A DNA stretch of 16,048 bases from Octopus sinensis (lineage: Eukaryota), in assembly GCF_006345805.1 (NCBI RefSeq), contig NW_021825556.1:1-16048 (forward strand). The letters run 5' to 3'. The notes below the pieces were generated by a model. It was not told the DNA's origin, did not search any database, and saw only the letters and a program-made list of their open reading frames with translations. Below, piece by piece: positions 8,136 to 16,048 of this stretch. Position 1 is the stretch's first letter; each line of letters opens with the position of its first letter. A program made the position numbers and the translations under genes.

Positions 8136-8546
8136 GCATGGAGAACTTATGATTGGAAGGAGACTCCGGCAGAAACCAAGGCTGCGATTTAAGGACTGTG
8201 TTAAGTCCTCGTTAAAGGCCTTTTATATGCAGGACACTGACTGGGAGAACAATGCCTGTCATCGCCACAGATGGAGGAAGCAGGTCAAGGAGGGGATCGA
8301 CACTTTTGAGAGAGCACGTATCCAGCATGAAGAACTTAGGCGAGCTGCGCGAAAGCGCACGGCTCGTATAGTGAATGGGGAAAGCTTGGTCTGCAATGTT
8401 TGCAGTCATGTATGCTTGTCAAGAGCAGGGCTCATTAGCCACCAACGGAGCCGCAAATGCAAAATATAAGTTAGTCCTAGAACGCACAATGTTCCTGAAG
8501 GTCGGCAATGGTCTTCCTCGGTAACGAGTGGACGGCCATCATCATC
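8136..8546 (+). mobile_element. 5'-truncated RTE-clade LINE: ORF C-terminus, 3' UTR and (ATC)n tail
   Basis: Open frame 8137-8469 (110 aa) GEL..GRR...PRLRFKDCVK...W...A.HR.RWR..V..G...FE..R...RR..RK...CNVC...CLSRAGLISHQR..C matches the typical RTE/BovB C-terminus. (ATC)3 tail at 8538-8546; 14-bp TSD atgtatgtatgcat at 8122-8135 and 8547-8560 (low complexity, so weaker). Confidence 0.9.
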
Positions 8547-8872
8547 ATGTATGTATGCATTACATGCATATATGCATCTCTATCCGAGGATAAATTGGAG
8601 ATTCTTCGACTGATTCTGACTAGTTTCTAATTATACTCTGAAGTGATTGGAATTGCTGTGAAAGGAAGAGATCTGCTCCTTGTAGATCGTATTTTGACGC
8701 TGTGAGAAATTCGAAAATAAGTCTTTTTATCAGAAATTGCTCAAATGAAAATGTAGTTATAAATAACAGCTCATAACATATGAACTAAAACACTTTCACG
8801 GGCTTTAAAATACGATCTAAAACAATTTTTCTTCCTTTTCTGCTTCTAAGTTTAAAACCTTTAATTTCACAG

Positions 8873-8930
8873 TTAGTTGCCGGCGTGTCCCTGCGGTCTG
8901 GTGGTATTACGCGAGATTTGGTTCCTGCGG
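8873..8930 (+). other. Candidate internal exon (58 bp)
   Basis: Long pyrimidine tract ending tttcacag|, donor cgg|gtaaca, 34/58 G+C in an AT-rich background; two frames are open. No homology recognised. Confidence 0.3.
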
Positions 8931-9010
8931 GTAACATTGTTCGCTTTTTTTTATTTCTGTCTAAAGAGTTTACTCTATATATTAGGAGCCAAATGACATT
9001 TGAGCAGAAC

Positions 9011-9095
9011 TACACACACACACGCACACACACGCACTCACATGCATACACACACACGAATATATATATATATATACATACATGAATACATACAT

Positions 9096-9126
<31 letters not shown>

Positions 9127-9227
9127 AACACACACGCACTCACATGCATGCACACACACGCATATATAGGTATGTATGTTTGTGTGTATATATTTATATA
9201 TATATATGTATGTATGTATACATGTCC

Positions 9228-9267
<40 letters not shown>

Positions 9268-9415
9268 ATGTACACATACACACATACCACATACACACGC
9301 ACAACACACACACAACACACACTCATTCACAGCATACACACACGCATATATATCCATACATATACAAACACACGCACACACACATGTATACATATATAAA
9401 TATATATATATATAG

Positions 9416-9442
<27 letters not shown>
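9011..9442. repeat. Compound (CA)n/(TA)n/(CATA)n microsatellite field
   Basis: Directly visible. Confidence 0.95.
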
Positions 9443-9447
<5 letters not shown>

Positions 9448-9856
9448 GAAAGAGTTCAATGTATGGTGCGAGGTTTATATTTACAGGTTAACAATTGGTG
9501 ATTGTCTGCATTTAATTCAAAATGGAATGAATCACCAATTGTTTACACATACTCACACACATTCATGTGTATATATCTGTACACACACACACATACACAC
9601 ATACACACACGCGCGCACACACGCACGCACGCAATCCAATCCCTCGTGGCTATTCCCAAAAACATAACGAGTCAATATTTCATGACTAGATTGAAAGGAA
9701 ATAGGTCACAGAGCACTGCTGTACCATTAGCCTCCAATGGAATCAACGTGAAATCACGTATATCTAAGACAATGCAGTGAACACACACATACACACGCGG
9801 CGCATATGCATGCCCCATCATGCACATACATACATACATACATATTCACACAGACA

Positions 9857-9888
<32 letters not shown>

Positions 9889-10199
9889 CATATATATATA
9901 TAGTGCTGGCTATTTCATTATAATCCTCGACATGCACTCAAATTCTGTGAAACACACAGCTCTATGCTGTATAACCTTTGAGAAAAATAATGACGTTAGC
10001 CATATCCATTGACCGTTAAGACAAGCTTCTGCTTGGTTGAATGTGGTGGACATATTTGGCTATCGGTCACTGCTTGACCATTAGTTGACGGAGATTGCCA
10101 AATGTCGGTAAAATACAGTTTTTGCTTATTTTTGCTCCTTGAGAGATAACAGTGCAGGTTTAGAAAACCGTTCCTCACTGATTTCCTTTTGTGTCTAAG

Positions 10200-10200
<1 letters not shown>

Positions 10201-10240
<40 letters not shown>

Positions 10241-10350
10241 ATGTGTGTGTGCATGTGTGTGTGCATGTGTGTGTGTGTGCGCGTGTGTGCATATGTGCGT
10301 GTGTGTGTTTAATTTCTTCTTCCACTACTATCCTACTTATACACAGATAC

Positions 10351-10413
<63 letters not shown>

Positions 10414-10583
10414 TGTGTGTGTGTGTGAGAGAGAGAGAGAGTGTGTGTGTGTGTGTATGTGTGTATGTGTGTGTGTGTACCGGTACATACATCTGTACGC
10501 ACATACATGCATATATATATAGCTCGATAAATTGAGAGATAGCTAGATAGATAGATAAATGTTTGTACAAGAGCGGCTGTGGT

Positions 10584-10652
<69 letters not shown>

Positions 10653-10712
10653 CATACATATATAATATACTATATATACATATATACATATATATATATA
10701 TATACATATATA
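10201..10712. repeat. Compound (GT)n, [(GT)7(GA)8]x~3 and (TA)n field
   Basis: Directly visible; the 30-bp unit gagtgtgtgtgtgtgtgagagagagagaga is repeated exactly at 10381-10410 and 10411-10440. Confidence 0.95.
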
Positions 10713-10731
10713 CAGAGTCCACCAAAAAATC

Positions 10732-10906
10732 TATACACAGTTCTGGAAAGGAAAAATCTGTATAAATATTTAACTTGTATAAGTACTTCTATAAATATAA
10801 CTACTTCGTTCGATGCATTATCAACTTGCGATAACACTAAATAAATTGCTATAACACTGAATAAAAATATTTATACAGATTATTTTCCTTTCCTAAATGG
10901 TGTATA
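10732..10906. repeat. Degenerate inverted repeat (MITE-like), core arms 10745-10771 and 10865-10893
   Basis: ggaaaggaaaa--atctgtataaatattt versus the reverse complement ggaaaggaaaataatctgtataaatattt (one 2-nt indel); outer tatacac/gtgtata at 10732-10738 and 10900-10906. Confidence 0.8.
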
Positions 10907-11407
10907 CATTTCTTTTTCATTTTTTTAGCGTACTCTGTAGATATATATATATGTGTACAATGGCGACAGATACAGCTCATATCGCTGCTGCTGCCATTCT
11001 TACTGATAAATAGTTTTTTATCATGGACGTCCGCACCTATTTGCTTACCGTTCGCTACGACAATAAGCATTATCGTCCCGCTCTCTGTTACGATCGCTGC
11101 CGCAGTTACTTCCGCTTCCCTATCATGTCCACCACGTGACCATTATCACCTGTATCAATATTCATTTGCATCACGGGTGATTTCTCTTGTCTCATTTGAT
11201 GCTCCAAACTAATACACCGCTTAATCTTGCCTCACTGAACTGAACCTACCCGTCTCTAAGTCTCTCATTTCATTCGAGCCTACTTCTCGGGGTTTTGTCA
11301 CACCACCCCCACCTGTACCACTTTACCACCACTCCACTCGGATTAATCCCATGGAACTTTATATTTCTCGAGATCTACCATCATAGATCTTCCTGTACAC
11401 GTTGTTG

Positions 11408-11960
11408 ATGTGTGTGTGCGCGCGTGTGTGTGCGTGTGTGTGTATATGCGTGTGTGTATGTGTATATATGCGTGTGTGTGTGTGTGTGTGCGTGTGTGTG
11501 TGTGTGTATATGCGTGTGTGTGTGTATATATGCGTCTGTGTGTGTGCGTTTGTGTGTGTTTGTGTGTGTGTGCGCGCGTGTGTGTGTGTGGGTGTGTGGG
11601 TGTGTGCGCGTGTGTGCGTGTGTGTGTGTGTATATGCTTGTGTGTGTGTGTGTATATGCTTGTGTGTGTGTGTGTGTATATGCGTGTGTGTGTGTGTGCG
11701 CGTGTGTGTGCGTGTGCGTGTGTGTGTGTTTGTGTGTGTGTGCGCGTGTGTGTGTGTGTGTGTGTGTGGGTGTGTGCGCGTGTGTGCGTGTGTGTGTGTG
11801 TATATGCTTGTGTGTGTGTGTGTGTATATGCTTGTGTGTGTGTGTGCGCGTGTGTGTGTGTGTGCGTGTGTGTGTGTTTGTGTGGGGGTGCGCGTGTGTG
11901 CGTGTGTGTGTGTGTATATATGCGTGTGTGTGTGTGTGTGCGCGCGCGTGCGTTTGGGTA
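11408..11960. repeat. Cryptic (TG)n/(CG)/(TA) alternating purine-pyrimidine array with higher-order duplication
   Basis: Directly visible; 11598-11650 is identical to 11768-11820 (170-bp period). Confidence 0.95.
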
Positions 11961-12011
11961 CACACACAGAACACATACACACACTTATACATTCACACAT
12001 TCGCATGCGGT

Positions 12012-12740
12012 GGGAAGGTGTCCCGAAAGTAATGCAGAACTGGGCCATAAGTTTCTTTGTTACTAACGTAGGTCCTTCAAATTGCCCGTGTTGGTAAAAC
12101 AAAACTCTTCCATTATCCAAAGGCATTACTCAGTATAGTCTCCATCCATTTGTGAAATCGTTGAAGCCAACTCTCGAATCGTCTTTGCAAAAATATCATG
12201 TGTGAACTGTACTCCCTACAATGTTCGCAAAAACTTCGCATCGTCTGCATCATCACTCGTTGTCCCCCAAAACTATTCTTCATTGAAGCGAGCACTTGAC
12301 AGCTGTAGGGCACCAGATCTCGGTTCAACGGTTGATGAGGCCCACTCACCAATCTAATTTGCTAGTTGAAGATGTGCGGCAGTTCCATATTAAAGGCGGC
12401 GAGCTGGCAGAAACGTTAGCAGGCGAGGCGAAATGCGTAGCCGTATTTCGTCTGCTGTTACGTTCTGAGTTCAAATTCCGCCGAGGTCGACTTTGCCTTT
12501 CATCCTTTCGGGGTCGATTAAATAAGTACCAGTTACGCACTGGGGTCGATATAATCGACTTAATCCGTTTTTCTGTCCTTCTTTGTCCTCTCTCTGTTTA
12601 GCCCCTTGTGGGTAATAAAGAAATAGGTAGTTCCATATTATCATGGAGAAAGTGGATCACAATCAGATTTCGGTTTGGTGTCTTCCTCATAATAGCCTCT
12701 CTAATCTTCTCTAAGCCTATGTGCTCACAAGTAGACATAG
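12012..12740 (-). pseudogene. Highly degenerate mariner (Tc1/mariner superfamily) transposase 3' half, interrupted by a SINE
   Basis: With the SINE and one TSD removed the minus strand reads LEKIREAIMRKTP...FLHDNMELPH...PHQPLNRDLVP...SMKNSFGGQR, compare L..AI..KRP, HDNARPH and PHPPYSPDLAP. It ends DGDYTE* (stop 12126-12128). A TIR-like aaggtgtcccgaaagtaatgc lies near 12015. Boundaries approximate. Confidence 0.78.
12393..12628 (+). mobile_element. Family A SINE monomer (tail A1) with 12-bp TSD
   Basis: aaggcggcgagctggcagaaacgttagc...aaagaaataggt. TSD agttccatatta at 12381-12392 and 12629-12640. Confidence 0.95.
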
Positions 12741-12840
12741 AGACCCTCTCGTTTTCCGTACTCTTAGCCCAGTGGAACATCGAGGATCTGACAGAAAGAG
12801 GGGTAGATGACTGTACGAGCACATTTGCTAGGAACTCATT

Positions 12841-12885
12841 CCAGCTGAGTAGACTGAAACAACGTGAAATACCCGGTCCAGGAAT
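12841..12885 (-). mobile_element. Internally deleted fragment of SINE family C
   Basis: ccagctgagtagactgaaacaacgtgaaat-acccggtccaggaat matches 3378-3452 with about 30 bp missing. Confidence 0.7.
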
Positions 12886-12907
12886 ACACACATACACGCA
12901 CAAACAC

Positions 12908-12946
12908 ACACACGTGCATACATACATACATACATACATACATACA

Positions 12947-12980
<34 letters not shown>

Positions 12981-13034
12981 CATAGATACATTCATACATA
13001 CATAAATACATACATAAATACATACATACATACA

Positions 13035-13068
<34 letters not shown>

Positions 13069-13388
13069 CATAGATACATACATACATACATACATGCATA
13101 CATACATATATACATACATATATACATAGATACATACATACATACATACATACATACATACATACATAAATACATACATATATACATACATACATACATA
13201 CATTCACACATACATACATACACACACACATACATATATGCATGCATACATACATACATACATACAACATACATACATACATACATACATACATACATAC
13301 ATACGTACATACATACATACATACATACATAAATACATACATATATACATACATACATACATACATTCACACATACATACATACACAC

Positions 13389-13431
<43 letters not shown>

Positions 13432-13432
13432 A
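12908..13432. repeat. Long (CATA)n/(CA)n microsatellite
   Basis: Directly visible. Confidence 0.98.
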
Positions 13433-14027
13433 CATACGAACACACACATATAATATACAGATATGTGTGATTCTGTGTACGCTTGTGTGTATATTTCTGA
13501 GTTATATATGGATATAGTGACGCAGATAAAAGCTTAAACATACAGCATACGCAAAAAAACCATAAACGTACGTACGCACACGTACATACACGCATACATA
13601 CACACATCACACTGGCTCGCGCACATACAGACACACACAAATATAGATTTTTAAGCAATCCACAAGGAAAATAATACAAATTCCATTAGGATTCTCATAA
13701 CGAATGTTTTATGATAGTTCTTGGAAACAATGGCGACAATAAAGTAATGCACTGATTTATTTCCCTTGTGCTGGCCTCCTGATCAGCGGTCTTGATATAT
13801 CTCGTTCTTGTTCTTATCGCAGTGGGCTTTTGTTGTTTCTTTATTTCTAACGCAAACTTTCCAATACAAAGAAAAAAGGTTGGTTTTGTGACAATCGAAC
13901 AAATTATAGCAAAAAGAAAAGAAAAGAAAAACAAGAAAATGAGTCATTATATGCATTGCATGTTTCTCTACATATATAATGTGTGTTTTTGTGCGTGTTG
14001 TGTGCACGTGCGAACACACTCATATAA

Positions 14028-14078
14028 TATATATATATATATTATAGATATATATATATATATAATATATATATATAT

Positions 14079-14117
<39 letters not shown>

Positions 14118-14186
14118 TATATATATTATATATATATATAATGTATGTATGTATATTGTATATATGCATATATGTACATATATATA

Positions 14187-14221
<35 letters not shown>

Positions 14222-14250
14222 ATGTATGTATTATATATATAATGCATATA

Positions 14251-14323
<73 letters not shown>
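14028..14323. repeat. Long interrupted (TA)n microsatellite (similar tracts at 130-154, 325-436, 830-930, 4238-4310, 4474-4505, 4697-4787, 5151-5179)
   Basis: Directly visible. Confidence 0.98.
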
Positions 14324-14721
14324 ATAATTGAAAATATTAAAATTATTAAGTCTCTCTAGATACTTCCTTCCTAATTAATTTTACCTTTGTTATTATATAT
14401 ATATATATATATATGTGTGTATGTATGTATGTATGTATGTATGTATGTATATATAGTTGTATACATACATCTAAATGCACGCACATATACAAAGAGTTTG
14501 ATTGTTATTATACTCTGCAACAAATGTACCAACCAATTGATTGGTTAATCTTCTTGGATTTACTATTTGTATGGAACGCCCTCTGGATTTAATATGTACG
14601 AATTCCCATCTTCCTCACTTGGAATCCTGTTAGTCAGGATTTTCGCATGAAGTTTTGACTTGAGCATTTGCCCCCAGATTTCTTGCAAAAAGCTTGGGTA
14701 TATATATCTGTGTGTGTGTGG

Positions 14722-15541
14722 AAACCATTAGGCCGGCGGATTTCCTAAATATAGCCCCCCTCCCCTCCCCCCCGATCATCACAGATACTCCTGCGTGTTT
14801 AACAGTTGGAAGAAGGCAGTCTGGGTCAAACGCTTCTTTTGGCTGTCTCCATACGTATACTTAACCGGTGTTCGGAAATAAGGTAAAGGATGATTAGTCC
14901 GAGAAACTAACATTCTTCCACTGCTATAGGGACCAATTCTGTAGGTTTTTACTCCACTCTAAACGCTTTGCAAAGCTTGTTTATGAAAGTAGTGGTTTTC
15001 TGATTGCAGCCCTCCCGTGAAATCCAGCTTCGTGCAGTTCTTGGCGAACAGTTTTTGTGGAAACTGGGTTCCCGAGGTAGTTATTAAGCTCTGCAGTGAT
15101 TTTGAGAGCTGTACTTTTGTGATCCTTTCTAACAATTCCCGTAAGATTCTGACGGTCCCTATCTGAAAGATTTGGTTTTCTTCTGGAGTGTTGTTTCGAC
15201 GAGGAGGTTTTTCCCTCTTTTTCAAAAGCGGTCATTACTTTCAAGACAGTACTTCTTGATACACCAAACATTTCGACCGTTTTCGTTACGCTAGTGCCTG
15301 CCATACAAGCACCGACAATTTGACCTCTTTGAAAGTCCGATAGATCTGTCATTTCAATGAATTTTAATTACCTTTTTTTGATGATATCTGAAAAGAAACA
15401 GCAAATTTAGCAAAACACATTAAGCAACACTAATAATAAATCAAAAAGCATGAAAATAAACAAGCTTTTGGCGGTTTTATAAATATTTCAAAATTAGGAT
15501 TCTATGATGCTAGGTGTTTCCATTATTTTGTCCAACCCCTG
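14722..15541 (-). mobile_element. Tc1-family transposon remnant: 5' TIR plus transposase pseudogene, 3'-truncated
   Basis: TA (15542-15543) | caggggttggacaaaataatggaaacacc TIR (15541-15513). ORF 15352-14981 encodes the bipartite HTH region ending GRAAIRKPLLS. The same frame continues through stops: KRLEWSK..NWSL*QWKNVSFSD*SSF..F..TG*VYVWRQPKE...PTVKHAG.SVMI. Truncated at a (CA)/(TA) tract near 14720. Confidence 0.93.
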
Positions 15542-15903
15542 TATATTGCTATGGATATTGATATAATATCTACAGCGTCTGTTGGTAGATATAATAGTAG
15601 ATGTCTGCCGGTATACGTAATGTATCTACTGGAAGATGTACAAGATGTATTGGATGCAAGGGGAGGCGTATTGAGAAATATAGAGGGTTTATGTTGGGAG
15701 AATTAGGGTGTCTGTTGATAGATTAGTGGGTATATGTTGGTAAATATAACGTGTGTATTTTGGCTGATACAACAAAAGCCTGTTGGTGGGTAAAGTTATG
15801 TGTAGTCGAAGATAGGAGAAAGAATATATTTGAATAACGTAAGAGTACAGGAGGAAGTTAGTGGTAGCGAAAAGCAGGATGAAGAGAGGAGCGGAAGGAG
15901 AAA

Positions 15904-15978
15904 AGAAAGAAAACGTGTACGAGCGAGAAAGAAAACGTGTACGAGCGAGAAAGAAAACGTGTACGAGCGAGAAAGAAA
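15904..15978 (+). repeat. 22-bp minisatellite, 3 perfect copies plus a partial
   Basis: agaaagaaaacgtgtacgagcg at 15904, 15926 and 15948, then agaaagaaa. Confidence 0.97.
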
Positions 15979-16048
15979 GGGAGAGAATAAGGAGGAAAAC
16001 AGGGGAGCTATGGTCGGAGGGTGAGAAAAAGAGCAAAGGGAAACTAAT

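Noticed and set aside
8470-8546. RTE 3' end as the partner tail of any SINE in the window
   Set aside because: No visible similarity between the RTE 3' UTR and SINE tails A1, A2, B or C.
8580-8703. Minus-strand exon after ttattttcgaatttctcacag
   Set aside because: The acceptor is plausible but there is no convincing donor and the peptides are unrecognisable.
172-14331. Dozens of long ORFs rich in YI/HT/CV/MYVC
   Set aside because: They are translations of (TA)n, (CA)n and (CATA)n microsatellites, which lack stops in some frames.
14520-14700. Continuation of the Tc1 transposase, or a host exon, beyond the microsatellite
   Set aside because: No frame shows the expected DDNAP.H motif and splice signals are poor.
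15904-15978. 22-bp repeats and the 184-bp SINE units as a CRISPR-like array
   Set aside because: The repeats are directly adjacent with no unique spacers, the context is eukaryotic and there are no cas genes.

Overview
Eukaryotic, AT-rich, repeat-saturated DNA with no recognisable intact gene. The SINE sequences suggest an octopod cephalopod, but that is recalled rather than verified. The window is made of (TA)n/(CATA)n/(TG)n microsatellites, three tRNA-derived SINE families, a 5'-truncated RTE LINE, Tc1 and mariner transposase remnants, a non-autonomous Tc2/pogo-type element, a non-autonomous Helitron and several inverted repeats. Almost all ORFs in the supplied track are microsatellite artefacts. 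The strongest unexplained signal is a 271-bp near-perfect foldback (441-711) whose arms each contain a type I hammerhead ribozyme motif. The two motifs point away from a 23-nt spacer; the minus-strand copy looks structurally complete and the plus-strand copy lacks one base at the stem I/core junction. A second, minimal variant hammerhead lies at 7913-7948 (-). One SINE family forms headless 184-bp tandem units joined at the same junction at two separate loci. All alignments and folds were done by eye.
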